Assembly: GCF_000015025.1 (NCBI RefSeq)
Contig: NC_008578.1
Span: forward strand, 210,001-242,000
Direction: 5' to 3'
Source of the DNA: Acidothermus cellulolyticus 11B
GTDB taxonomy: Bacteria > Actinomycetota > Actinomycetes > Acidothermales > Acidothermaceae
DNA length: 32,000 bases
This document shows positions 10,069-18,446 of this stretch, one piece after another. The notes beneath the pieces are model-generated. The model was not told the DNA's origin, searched no databases, and saw nothing but the letters and a program-made list of their open reading frames with translations. The position numbers were made by a program, and so were the translations under genes. Every line of letters starts with the position of its first letter. The first letter of the stretch is position 1.

Positions 10069-11874
10069 ATGCCCATGACGCGTGAGGCTCGGACGACGAC
10101 CACCCGCGACGCGGCGCGGCAACCGGTGAGGCGCCGGGATCGGCGTCGCCACCGTCCCTGGGTGCCTGCGCTCGCGGGCTGGGTGGCGGCCCTCGTCGGG
10201 ATTCGGAATTTCATCGTCGTCCTGCACCCCCACTGGTGGGAGCGGGTTCGTCCCGTCGGCAAGGTGCTGCCCGCACCGGGGGAAACACCGCTGCTCCACG
10301 GGCTGGCGGCCGCTGAGCTGGTCGGTTCAGGCGCGCTCATGCTGCTCCTCGCGCACGCGCTCAAACGCCGCAAGCGGCGGGCATGGCAGGTCGTCGTCGG
10401 CGTTCTCGCCGTCGGGCTGGCCCTGCACGTGGTGCATCACCCGCCGCTGCACGGCATCCCGGGATGGCTGGTCATCGACGGCGGTTTCCTCATCGGCCTG
10501 CTGGCTTTCCGGAAGGAATTCTTCGCCGAACCGGATCCCCGGACCCGGTGGAGCGCCTTGGTCACCTTCGTCGGACTTGGCGTCGCGAGTTACGGGTTCG
10601 GCCTGGTCCTGGTGGGGCTGCGCAAGGACCAGCTGGTCGGCCACCCGTCGTGGACGGACATTCTCCTGCACGTCGGGTACGGACTCGTCGGCATCCCAGG
10701 CCCGCTCGTCTTTCGCACCGACGCCGGCGCGGACGTCGTCTCGGCCACCCTGCTCGCAATGGGCGCCCTGACGGTCTTCAGCACCGCGTATCTGCTCCTC
10801 CGTGCCGCGAAACCGCGACCGGCCCTCACGCCAGACGACGAAGCGCGGATGCGCGCGCTGCTTGCCGCGCACGGACACCGCGACTCTCTGGGTTACTTTG
10901 CGTTGCGGCGGGACAAGAGCGTGGTCTGGTCCGAGACGGGCAAGTCCTGCATTGCATATCGCGTGGTCTCGGGCGTGATGCTGGTGAGTGGTGATCCGCT
11001 CGGTGATCCGGAGGCTTGGCCGGGCGCGATCGACGTCTTCCTCGAGCAGGCCGAACGGCACGCTTGGGTGCCTGCCGTCCTGGGGTGCAGCGAACGCGCC
11101 GCGGAAACGTGGCTCCGGCATGCCGATCTTGCGGCTCTGGAAATTGGCGACGAAGCCGTCATTGATGTCGCGGATTTCTCCCTTGAGGGCCGGGCGATGC
11201 GCAATGTGCGGCAAATGGTGCACCGGGTCGAGCGGGCCGGCTATGACGCCGTCATCGCCCGAAATTGCGACCTGGCCCCCGACCTGCGCGACCAGTTGCG
11301 GGCCGCCGCCGTGCGGTGGCGCGACGGGGAGACCGAACGCGGTTTCGCCATGGCGCTGGGCCGGCTCGGTGACGTCACGGACCCCGACTGTCTGTTCGCG
11401 GTAGCCGTCAAGGACGGCCGTCCCCATGCGTTCCTGCATTTCGTCCCGTGGGGACGCGACGGCCTCTCCCTTGACGTCATGCGGTGGGATCGAACGAGCC
11501 ATCCCGGGCTGAATGAATTTCTCATCGCCCGGGTGATACGCGCGGCGCCGCATCTGGGCATCCGCCGCATCTCGCTGAATTTCGCGGTCTTCCGGTCGGC
11601 ATTGGAGCGTGGCGGGCGGATCGGCGCCGGTCCCATCATCCGCGCGTGGCGAAGCATTTTGCTCATTGTTTCTCGGTGGGTGCAGATCGAATCGCTGTAC
11701 CGCTTCAACGCGAAATTCCGGCCGGAGTGGGTCTCCCGGTACTTGCTGTATCCCGATCTGCTGGACCTGCCGCGGATCGCCCTTGCCGCGCTGGAAGCCG
11801 AGGCCTTCATCGTCTGGCCGACCCCGAGCCTTCGGCGATTGCAGCGGGTGCTGCGCCTTGGAGGTGAGCCGTGA
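10069..11874 (+). CDS. Membrane protein with a C-terminal phosphatidylglycerol lysyltransferase (MprF/LysX-type, DUF2156) domain
   Basis: 601-aa ORF. The N-terminal ~230 aa holds several hydrophobic helices. The C-terminal half (HGHRDSLGYFALRRDKS...IAYRVVSGVMLVSGDPLGDP...FSLEGRAMRNVRQMVHRVERAGY...FLHFVPW...ESLYRFNAKFRPEW) matches my recollection of the aminoacyl-PG synthase C-terminal domain. No fused LysRS domain is present. Confidence 0.8.
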   Translation: MPMTREARTTTTRDAARQPVRRRDRRRHRPWVPALAGWVAALVGIRNFIVVLHPHWWERVRPVGKVLPAPGETPLLHGLAAAELVGSGALMLLLAHALKRRKRRAWQVVVGVLAVGLALHVVHHPPLHGIPGWLVIDGGFLIGLLAFRKEFFAEPDPRTRWSALVTFVGLGVASYGFGLVLVGLRKDQLVGHPSWTDILLHVGYGLVGIPGPLVFRTDAGADVVSATLLAMGALTVFSTAYLLLRAAKPRPALTPDDEARMRALLAAHGHRDSLGYFALRRDKSVVWSETGKSCIAYRVVSGVMLVSGDPLGDPEAWPGAIDVFLEQAERHAWVPAVLGCSERAAETWLRHADLAALEIGDEAVIDVADFSLEGRAMRNVRQMVHRVERAGYDAVIARNCDLAPDLRDQLRAAAVRWRDGETERGFAMALGRLGDVTDPDCLFAVAVKDGRPHAFLHFVPWGRDGLSLDVMRWDRTSHPGLNEFLIARVIRAAPHLGIRRISLNFAVFRSALERGGRIGAGPIIRAWRSILLIVSRWVQIESLYRFNAKFRPEWVSRYLLYPDLLDLPRIALAALEAEAFIVWPTPSLRRLQRVLRLGGEP

Positions 11875-11941
11875 CGTGCATCGGAGTCGACGGTCCGCGG
11901 CCGCCGGATCGTCACCCAGGGACGAAGGAGCGGACCTTCCG

Positions 11942-12805
11942 GTGAACACCTCGGCGGCGTACGGCGAATTGCTCGGTTTCCCGGACATCGGCAGGTGCCG
12001 GGTCATGGGCGTCTTGAACGTCACCCCGGATTCGTTCTCCGACGGCGGCCAATGGTTCGAGACGGACAAGGCGATCGCCCACGGCGTCGACCTGTTCCGT
12101 AACGGTGCCGACATCGTCGACGTCGGCGGTGAATCCACCCGTCCAGGGGCGTTGCGCGTGGATCCGGCTGAGGAGCTGCGCCGAGTGCTGCCCGTAGTCC
12201 GCGAGCTCGCCGCCGTCGGCCCGGTGAGCATTGACACCATGCGCGCCGACGTCGCCGAAGCGGCGGTTGACGCCGGCGCGGTCCTCGTCAATGACGTGAG
12301 CGGCGGGTTGGCCGACCCGCGGATGATCCCGTTCATCGCGGCGAACCGGCTGCCGTACGTCGTCATGCATTGGCGCGGTCCCAGCGTCGACATGCAAAGC
12401 CGCGCCCATTACGACGACATCGTGGCCGACGTCCGGCGGGAAATTTCGGCCCGAATCGACGCGGTACTCGCCGCCGGCGGGGATTTCCGGCAAATCATCG
12501 TCGATCCGGGAATCGGCTTTGCCAAGAGGCCGGACACGGACCACAACTGGGCGCTGCTCAAACACCTCGACCAGCTCGGCTCGCTGGGCCGGCCGGTGCT
12601 CGTCGGCGCCTCGCGGAAAGCTTTCCTCGGGCGGCTGCTCGCCGGGCCCGACGGAACACCACGGCCGCCGATGCTCCGGGACCACGCCAGCTCCGCGATC
12701 ACCGCTCTGGTCGCCGCCGCCGGGGCCTGGGCGGTTCGGGTCCATGCGGTAGAAGCCGACGCGGACGCCGTCCGGGTCGCGGCGCGGTGGCGGGCGCAGC
12801 CATGA
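11942..12805 (+). CDS. folP: Dihydropteroate synthase
   Basis: Contains VMGVLNVTPDSFSDGG, DIVDVGGESTRPGA and DPGIGFAK motifs. The track ORF from 11609 overlaps the upstream gene. I chose GTG 11942, with GAAGGAG 11 nt upstream, giving 287 aa. GTG 11876 and ATG 12005 are alternatives. Confidence 0.88.
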   Translation: MNTSAAYGELLGFPDIGRCRVMGVLNVTPDSFSDGGQWFETDKAIAHGVDLFRNGADIVDVGGESTRPGALRVDPAEELRRVLPVVRELAAVGPVSIDTMRADVAEAAVDAGAVLVNDVSGGLADPRMIPFIAANRLPYVVMHWRGPSVDMQSRAHYDDIVADVRREISARIDAVLAAGGDFRQIIVDPGIGFAKRPDTDHNWALLKHLDQLGSLGRPVLVGASRKAFLGRLLAGPDGTPRPPMLRDHASSAITALVAAAGAWAVRVHAVEADADAVRVAARWRAQP

Positions 12806-13803
12806 GCAGTCCGGCCGGCAACCCGCCACGGCCTGGCGCGGCGGCGTCCCGGTACGGCCGGATCGAGCTGCGGGGAGTGCGGGCCGTCGGCCGGCACGGC
12901 GTCTATCCGGAGGAACGAGCCGACGGGCAGGAGTTTGTGGTGGACGCCGTCCTCGAACTCGACCTGACGCCTGCGGTCGAGACGGATTCCGTGGCTGCCA
13001 CGGTGAATTACGCGGACCTCGCGGACCGCATCGCGCGGCGCATCGAGGGTGAACCCGTTAACCTGATCGAGACCCTCGCTGACGAGATTGCCGTGGACTG
13101 CCTGGCGGACCCTCGAGTCCGCGGGGTCGAGGTGACGGTGCACAAGCCGCACGCCCCGGTTCCCCGGACGGTCAGCGACGTCGCCGTACGGGTCTACCGG
13201 CGACGGCCGATCCAGGTGGTCGTCGCATTGGGGGCAAACCTCGGCGATCGGCCGGCCGCGCTGCAGCGGGCGGTCGACGCGCTGGCGGCCGCGCATCCGG
13301 TCGTGGCGGTCTCGCCGGTGTACGAGACCGAACCCGTTGGCGGACCGCCGCAGCCGCCGTACCTGAACGCCGTCGCTCTGCTGGAGGCCGCCGCCGGCCC
13401 GTACGACATCCTCACCCTGGCCCAGATCATCGAAGCCGCGGCCGGTCGCACCCGCGAGGTGCGCTGGGGACCACGCACGCTGGACATCGACGTGATCTGC
13501 TACGGTGACCTTGTCCTCGACGACCCCCGGCTCACCCTTCCGCACCCCCGCGCCGCGGAGCGCGCCTTCGTCCTCGCCCCCTGGCATGCGGTCGATCCGG
13601 CTGCCGTACTGCCCGGGCACGGCCGGGTCGCTGATCTCCTGCGCCGGCTGGACACCAGCGGCATTCGCCGGCGGGACGACCTGCACCTTGCAGTGCCTGC
13701 CGGCACCGGCGCTCCGGTGCCGGGTGGTACGGCTGCCCAGGCGGGCGGGTCGTCCGGCCATGCGGCCGGCCATACGGCCGTTGCACCGGGAGCCTTGCCG
13801 TGA
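12802..13803 (+). CDS. folB/folK: Dihydroneopterin aldolase fused in frame to 6-hydroxymethyl-7,8-dihydropterin pyrophosphokinase (FolB-FolK)
   Basis: The ATG overlaps the folP stop (ATGA). The FolB part is RIELRGVRAVGRHGVYPEER...VEVTVHKPHAPV...VAVRVYRRR. It runs straight into the FolK part VVVALGANLGDR...WGPRTLDIDV...LTLPHPRAAERAFVLAPW with no stop codon. An internal GTG at 13216 could also initiate a separate FolK. Confidence 0.85.
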   Translation: MSSPAGNPPRPGAAASRYGRIELRGVRAVGRHGVYPEERADGQEFVVDAVLELDLTPAVETDSVAATVNYADLADRIARRIEGEPVNLIETLADEIAVDCLADPRVRGVEVTVHKPHAPVPRTVSDVAVRVYRRRPIQVVVALGANLGDRPAALQRAVDALAAAHPVVAVSPVYETEPVGGPPQPPYLNAVALLEAAAGPYDILTLAQIIEAAAGRTREVRWGPRTLDIDVICYGDLVLDDPRLTLPHPRAAERAFVLAPWHAVDPAAVLPGHGRVADLLRRLDTSGIRRRDDLHLAVPAGTGAPVPGGTAAQAGGSSGHAAGHTAVAPGALP

Positions 13804-14270
13804 AACCGACCCGGGTGCCGATTCTCGTTGGGTTGGCGATCGTCGTCGCCGCTGCGACCTGGGCGCTGGTCGGGCGAATCTATGACAGCCTGCCGACGCT
13901 CTCCCTCTACGCACCGATCGCGCTCGGCGTCCTTGCTCTCGCGGAGGTGGCCTTCGCGATCTCCGTACGGCGCCGGATTCGCCATCCAACCCCCGGCTAC
14001 CGGATCGACCCAATCTTTGTGTCCCGCCTGGTCGTCCTGGCCAAGGCAAGTGCCTACACGGGGGCGATCCTGGCCGGGGTGTACGCCGGATTTCTCGGCT
14101 ATACCCTGACCGCGCCTGGCCGTGGTCAGCTGTCGGCGGATGCCCGGACCAGCGCGATCGCGGCCGGGCTCAACGCAGCCCTCGTGGTCGCCGCCCTGTT
14201 TCTGGAGAACGGCTGCCGGGTGCCGCGGCCGCCGGACGAGCCGGGTGGCCGTCCGCCGAAACCGGCCTAG
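13800..14270 (+). CDS. Small integral membrane protein, DUF3180-like (Rv3605c position)
   Basis: 156-aa ORF with about four hydrophobic helices. The GTG overlaps the folK stop (GTGA). Its position after folK is conserved in actinobacteria. Function is unknown. Confidence 0.7.
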   Translation: MKPTRVPILVGLAIVVAAATWALVGRIYDSLPTLSLYAPIALGVLALAEVAFAISVRRRIRHPTPGYRIDPIFVSRLVVLAKASAYTGAILAGVYAGFLGYTLTAPGRGQLSADARTSAIAAGLNAALVVAALFLENGCRVPRPPDEPGGRPPKPA

Positions 14271-14345
14271 CGCGGGACGGGAGACGGGTCCGGCGGTCGG
14301 CGGCGTAGGCTCGATACCGTCCGGTACCCCAGTGAGGACTGGAAC

Positions 14346-15284
14346 ATGACGACCTTGCCTGCTGCCGCTCGCGCCGCCACCCACCGCCCGGGCCGGTTGC
14401 GGGTCGGTGTGATCGGCGCCGGCCGAGTCGGCGCGGTCCTTGGCGCGGCGTTGCGGTACGCCGGTCACGACGTCGTCGGGGTCTCGGCTTCCTCTCGGGC
14501 CTCCCGTCGCCGGGCGGATGCGCTGCTACCGGAGGTGCCGGTGGCCCGCCCCGACGAAATCGCGCCGAATGTCGACCTCCTTCTTCTTGCGGTGCCAGAC
14601 GACGTGCTGCCCGGCCTTGTCCGGGGGTTGGCCGCGTCGGATGCGTTGTCGGCAGGCGGTTTCGTCGTCCACACCAGTGGGCGGTACGGCGTGGATGTGC
14701 TGGAACCGGCGACCAAGCGGGGGAGCCTGCCGCTCGCCCTACATCCGGTGATGACCTTCACCGGCACAGCCGTGGATCTGGACCGGCTCCGCGGCGTCTG
14801 CTTCGGGGTGACCGCGCCCGACGTGCTGCGTCCCGCTGCCGAGACCCTGGTCTTGGAGATGGGAGGTGAGCCGGTCTGGATCGCCGAAGCAGTGCGCCCG
14901 CTCTACCATGCGGCGCTGTCCTACGGCGCGAACCATCTGGTCACTCTGGTGGCCTCGGCGATGGATCTCCTGCGCGCCTCCGGTGTTGGCGACCCGCAGC
15001 GCCTCCTCGGTCCGTTGCTCTCGGCGGCCCTGGACAATGCGTTGCGGTACGGTGACCGCGGCCTCACCGGGCCGGTGCCCCGCGGCGATGCGGGAACCCT
15101 CGCGGTGCATCGGGCTGTGATCAGCGCGATTGATCCACAGATTGCCGGCGTCTACACGACACTTGCCCGGCTGGCCGCTGACCGGGCGCTTGCCAGCGGC
15201 CTGCTCGACCCGCAGGACGGCGAGCGGCTTCTCGACGTCCTTGGATCGGATCACATCGGTGACGCGACCGAGGAGGATCAGTGA
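14346..15284 (+). CDS. Rossmann-fold NAD(P)-binding oxidoreductase-like protein with DUF2520-type C-terminal domain (Rv3603c position)
   Basis: 312-aa ORF with an N-terminal dinucleotide-binding motif (RVGVIGAGRVGAVLGAAL). Its stop overlaps the panC start (GTGA). Confidence 0.75.
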   Translation: MTTLPAAARAATHRPGRLRVGVIGAGRVGAVLGAALRYAGHDVVGVSASSRASRRRADALLPEVPVARPDEIAPNVDLLLLAVPDDVLPGLVRGLAASDALSAGGFVVHTSGRYGVDVLEPATKRGSLPLALHPVMTFTGTAVDLDRLRGVCFGVTAPDVLRPAAETLVLEMGGEPVWIAEAVRPLYHAALSYGANHLVTLVASAMDLLRASGVGDPQRLLGPLLSAALDNALRYGDRGLTGPVPRGDAGTLAVHRAVISAIDPQIAGVYTTLARLAADRALASGLLDPQDGERLLDVLGSDHIGDATEEDQ

Positions 15285-16192
15285 TCGCCACCGGTCACGG
15301 AGGAGCGGAGCGTCGGACGACCGCGGGAGACGGCACGGCCCGGCCGGTGGTGGCCCGCACGATCGGCGAGCTTCGGGCCGCGCGGGCCGCGCTGACCGGC
15401 CCGGTCGCCTTCGTCCCGACCATGGGGGCGTTGCACGACGGGCACCGGTCGTTGCTCCGCATTGCCCGCCACCACGGCGACCACGTCGTGGTGAGCATTT
15501 TCGTCAACCCCCTGCAATTCGGTCCGGCGGAAGATTTCGACCGTTACCCGCGGACCCTGGATGCCGACCTCGCGATGTGCGCAGCCGAGGGGGTCGATCT
15601 CGTCTTCGTCCCACCGGCGGCGGAGATGTACCCCAGTGAGCCGCAGGTGCGCGTCTCCGCCGGCCCGCTCGGCGAGCGGTTCGAAGGCTCCGTCCGGCCC
15701 GGTCATTTTGACGGCGTCCTGACCGTGGTGGCGAAACTCTTTCAGCTCGTTCAGCCGGATGTCGCGGTGTTCGGCCGCAAGGACGCCCAGCAGCTCGCGC
15801 TGGTCCGGCGAATGGTCGCCGACTTGAACCTGCCCGTGCAGATCATCGCCGCGCCGACTTTCCGCGAACCCGACGGGCTGGCCGCGTCGAGCCGCAACCG
15901 GTATCTCACGGACGCCGACCGAGCCCAGGCCCGCGCGTTGCCGACCGCTCTGACCACCGCCGCTGCGGTCGCCGCCGCCGGCGGGCCGCCGTCCGAAATG
16001 ATCGAGATGGCCCGGAAAGTGCTGGCCGACGCGGCGGTAACGCTCGACTACGTGGCCGTGGTCGACGAGGCGACGTTCGACGAGATCGACGACGCGGAGT
16101 GGTCGCAGCGGGGCGAAGGGCTGTGCATCGCGGCGATCCGGGTCGGCGGAACTCGACTGATCGATAACATGCCGATGCGGAAGGCGGACTGA
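15281..16192 (+). CDS. panC: Pantoate--beta-alanine ligase
   Basis: 303-aa ORF with [14 protein letters not shown] (HIGH-like motif), [10 protein letters not shown] and [15 protein letters not shown] lies 4 nt upstream of GTG 15281. Confidence 0.93.
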   Translation: MIATGHGGAERRTTAGDGTARPVVARTIGELRAARAALTGPVAFVPTMGALHDGHRSLLRIARHHGDHVVVSIFVNPLQFGPAEDFDRYPRTLDADLAMCAAEGVDLVFVPPAAEMYPSEPQVRVSAGPLGERFEGSVRPGHFDGVLTVVAKLFQLVQPDVAVFGRKDAQQLALVRRMVADLNLPVQIIAAPTFREPDGLAASSRNRYLTDADRAQARALPTALTTAAAVAAAGGPPSEMIEMARKVLADAAVTLDYVAVVDEATFDEIDDAEWSQRGEGLCIAAIRVGGTRLIDNMPMRKAD

Positions 16193-16194
16193 CG

Positions 16195-16605
16195 ATGCTG
16201 CGGACGATGCTGCACGCCAAAATCCATCGAGCGACGGTGACCCGGGCCGACCTCCATTACGTCGGCTCAATCACCCTTGATCTCGATCTGATGGAGGCCG
16301 CCGACATCCTGCCCGGCGAATTGGTCGCTGTCGCCGATATCAACAACGGCAACCGGCTGGAGACGTACGTCATCGCCGGAGAGCGGGGTTCGGGGGTTGT
16401 CGGGATAAACGGCGCGGCGGCGCGGTTGGTGCATCCCGGTGACCTAGTGATCATCATGTCGTATGTGCAGCTGCCCGATGCAGAGGCCCGCCGGCACCAT
16501 CCTCGCGTTGTGTTCGTTGACGCGGAGAATCGGATCATCGGCACGGGAACCGACCCGGCTGAACCGCTTCCAGGCTCCGGTCTCTTGAGCGGACACCACA
16601 CGTGA
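16195..16605 (+). CDS. panD: Aspartate 1-decarboxylase (pyruvoyl-dependent)
   Basis: 136-aa [32 protein letters not shown] contains the Gly-Ser self-processing site. The ATG is 2 nt after the panC stop. Confidence 0.95.
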   Translation: MLRTMLHAKIHRATVTRADLHYVGSITLDLDLMEAADILPGELVAVADINNGNRLETYVIAGERGSGVVGINGAAARLVHPGDLVIIMSYVQLPDAEARRHHPRVVFVDAENRIIGTGTDPAEPLPGSGLLSGHHT

Positions 16606-18446
16606 TCCTCGCTCCTTCGGTTGCCCGGTTGGCTGGCCGCGCGCCGGTCGCACCCAAGCCCCACTCGCCACGTGATCGCGGTGTTCCGGAGGTCACCCTC
16701 GACGGCACGCTGGCGCCCGGCACACCGGAGCCCCTCTTACCGGAGCCCGCCACGCTGGCGCCCGGCACCCCGGCGCCCGGCACACCGGAGCCCCTCTTCT
16801 TGCCCCGCAGGCTGCGGGCCGCCAGGCCGAGCTGGTCGATTCGCGGGGACGTCGTCGTGGTCGGCAGCGGTGTTGCCGGGCTGATGGTTGCGCTGCGGCT
16901 CAGCCGGTTCGCGCGGGTCCTGGTGGTGACCAAGGCCCGGGTCGACGCCGGGGCCACCCGGTGGGCCCAGGGCGGGATCGCGGCCGCACTCGGCCCCGGG
17001 GATACCCCCGAGCAGCACTTGGCCGACACCCTCGCGGCCGGCGCTGGTCTGTGCGTGGAAGAAGCCGTCCGGGTGTTGGTCAATGAAGGGCCGGACGTCG
17101 TCCGTGAACTCGCCGAGCTGGGCGCCCGCTTCGACGTCGAGCCGAACGGCGACTTCGCGCTCACCCGGGAGGGCGGCCACCTGCGCCGACGGATCGTGCA
17201 CGCCCGGGACGCCACCGGCGCGGAGATCGAACGAGCATTGATAGCTGCCGTCCGGTCCAACGACCGCATCCAGCTCATCGAACATGCCCTGGCGCTGGAC
17301 CTGCTGCCCGCGGACGACGGCCGGATCTGCGGGGTGAGTTTGCATGTCCTGGGCGAGGGCAGGCCGGACGGCGTCGGTGCCGCGGTCGGCCGCGCTGTCG
17401 TGCTCGCGACCGGGGGTCTCGGCCAGGTGTTTGCCGCCACCACCAACCCGCCGGAGGCAAGCGGTGACGGTGTGGCGATGGCGTTGCGGGCCGGGGCGGA
17501 GATCGTGGATCTGGAGTTCGTGCAGTTCCACCCGACCGTGCTCTGGCTAGGCCCGGATGCCCGCGGTCAGCTTCCGCTGATTTCCGAGGCGGTGCGCGGC
17601 GAAGGCGCGGTGCTCATCGACGTCACCGGCGAGCGGTTCATGGACGGCGTCCATCCGCTGGCCGAGCTTGCCCCGCGGTACGTCGTGGCGCGGGCGATCG
17701 TCGAGCGGATGCGGGCAACCGGAGCTGATCATGTCCTGCTGGACGCCCGCCGCGTCCCCGGCTTCGAGCGCCGGTTCCCGACGATTGCGGCCGCCTGCCG
17801 GCGGTTCGGCGTCGATCCGGTTACCACCCCGATTCCCGTCGCACCGGGCGCGCACTACGCCTGCGGCGGTGTGCGGACCGACCTGCGGGGCCGGACCACC
17901 GTCCCCGGGTTGTACGCCTGCGGCGAGGTCGCCGGCACCGGGGTGCACGGCGCCAACCGCTTGGCGTCGAACAGCCTGCTGGAGGGTCTGGTCTTCGCCG
18001 CCCGCGTCGCCGACGATCTCTCAGGCGGCTTGCCTCGGGCGGCCGACCCTGCCGAGAGGGAAGACGAGAAGGTCACCGGCTTGCTGGCAGCAGGTGCGGC
18101 CCGCCGGATCCGGCTGGCCATGACCGACGGGGTGGGTGTGCTGCGCGACGCGGACGGCTTGGCAGTCGCCGGTGAGCGGTTGGCGGCCGAGTGGACGCCG
18201 GATCTCGCCAGCCTCCCAGCCGAGGCCGCACCGGAACCGGAGAGCTGGGAGGCGACGAATCTGCACGCGGTCGCCAGCGTGCTGACCCGGGCCGCGTCGT
18301 TGCGCACTGAGAGCCGAGGGTGCCACTGGCGTGCGGACTACCCGGAGACGTCGTCCCGGTGGCATGGTCACCTGGTGAGCGTGCTGAACGCCGACGGCAT
18401 GGTGGTGACACGGTTCGAACCACGCGGAACACCGGAGGCGGGATGA
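16602..18446 (+). CDS. nadB: L-aspartate oxidase
   Basis: FAD-binding [28 protein letters not shown] and the C-terminal [13 protein letters not shown] segment are present. The longest ORF starts at a GTG overlapping the panD stop, which gives an atypical ~85-aa Pro-rich extension. TTG 16800, with GGAG 9 nt upstream, would give a conventional N-terminus. The end coordinate is secure and the start is not. Confidence 0.88.
   Translation: MILAPSVARLAGRAPVAPKPHSPRDRGVPEVTLDGTLAPGTPEPLLPEPATLAPGTPAPGTPEPLFLPRRLRAARPSWSIRGDVVVVGSGVAGLMVALRLSRFARVLVVTKARVDAGATRWAQGGIAAALGPGDTPEQHLADTLAAGAGLCVEEAVRVLVNEGPDVVRELAELGARFDVEPNGDFALTREGGHLRRRIVHARDATGAEIERALIAAVRSNDRIQLIEHALALDLLPADDGRICGVSLHVLGEGRPDGVGAAVGRAVVLATGGLGQVFAATTNPPEASGDGVAMALRAGAEIVDLEFVQFHPTVLWLGPDARGQLPLISEAVRGEGAVLIDVTGERFMDGVHPLAELAPRYVVARAIVERMRATGADHVLLDARRVPGFERRFPTIAAACRRFGVDPVTTPIPVAPGAHYACGGVRTDLRGRTTVPGLYACGEVAGTGVHGANRLASNSLLEGLVFAARVADDLSGGLPRAADPAEREDEKVTGLLAAGAARRIRLAMTDGVGVLRDADGLAVAGERLAAEWTPDLASLPAEAAPEPESWEATNLHAVASVLTRAASLRTESRGCHWRADYPETSSRWHGHLVSVLNADGMVVTRFEPRGTPEAG
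16706..16798. repeat. Composite short direct duplication in the panD-nadB junction / nadB 5' region
   Basis: The 27-mer GGCGCCCGGCACACCGGAGCCCCTCTT occurs at 16712-16738 and 16772-16798. The 18-mer CACGCTGGCGCCCGGCAC occurs at 16706-16723 and 16751-16768. If translated, the segment encodes [31 protein letters not shown]. Confidence 0.85.

Noticed and set aside
9959-10078. Possible 39-codon upstream ORF starting at the GTG inside the palindrome and ending in an ATGA overlap with the second Met codon (10075) of the DUF2156 gene.
   Set aside because: It has no Shine-Dalgarno sequence. The peptide (VTGHPSFARVRRLPAAASSARAPALPAATG...) has the Ala/Arg/Pro composition of random high-GC frames. The stop/start overlap alone is not enough, so I mention it only as something ribosome profiling could revisit.
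11609-11941. Upstream extensions of track ORFs: folP from 11609, folB from 12370, nadC from 18320, lysS from 20106, the GNAT from 21452, lsr2 from 22664, cheR from 28611 and cheW from 30159.
   Set aside because: Each extension overlaps the well-supported upstream gene or consists of Arg/Pro-rich sequence with no homology to the family N-terminus. Internal starts with an RBS or a 4-nt overlap fit better.
10327-12393. 688-aa minus-strand ORF antisense to the DUF2156 gene and folP. Similar long antisense ORFs occur at 12409-14049, 4102-5277, 5618-6988, 8026-9342, 16535-17446, 19995-21029 and 26955-28361.
   Set aside because: Their translations are Arg/Pro/Gly/Ala-rich with no recognisable motifs. 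Each lies opposite a gene with unmistakable family signatures. Long stop-free antisense frames are expected in DNA this G+C-rich.
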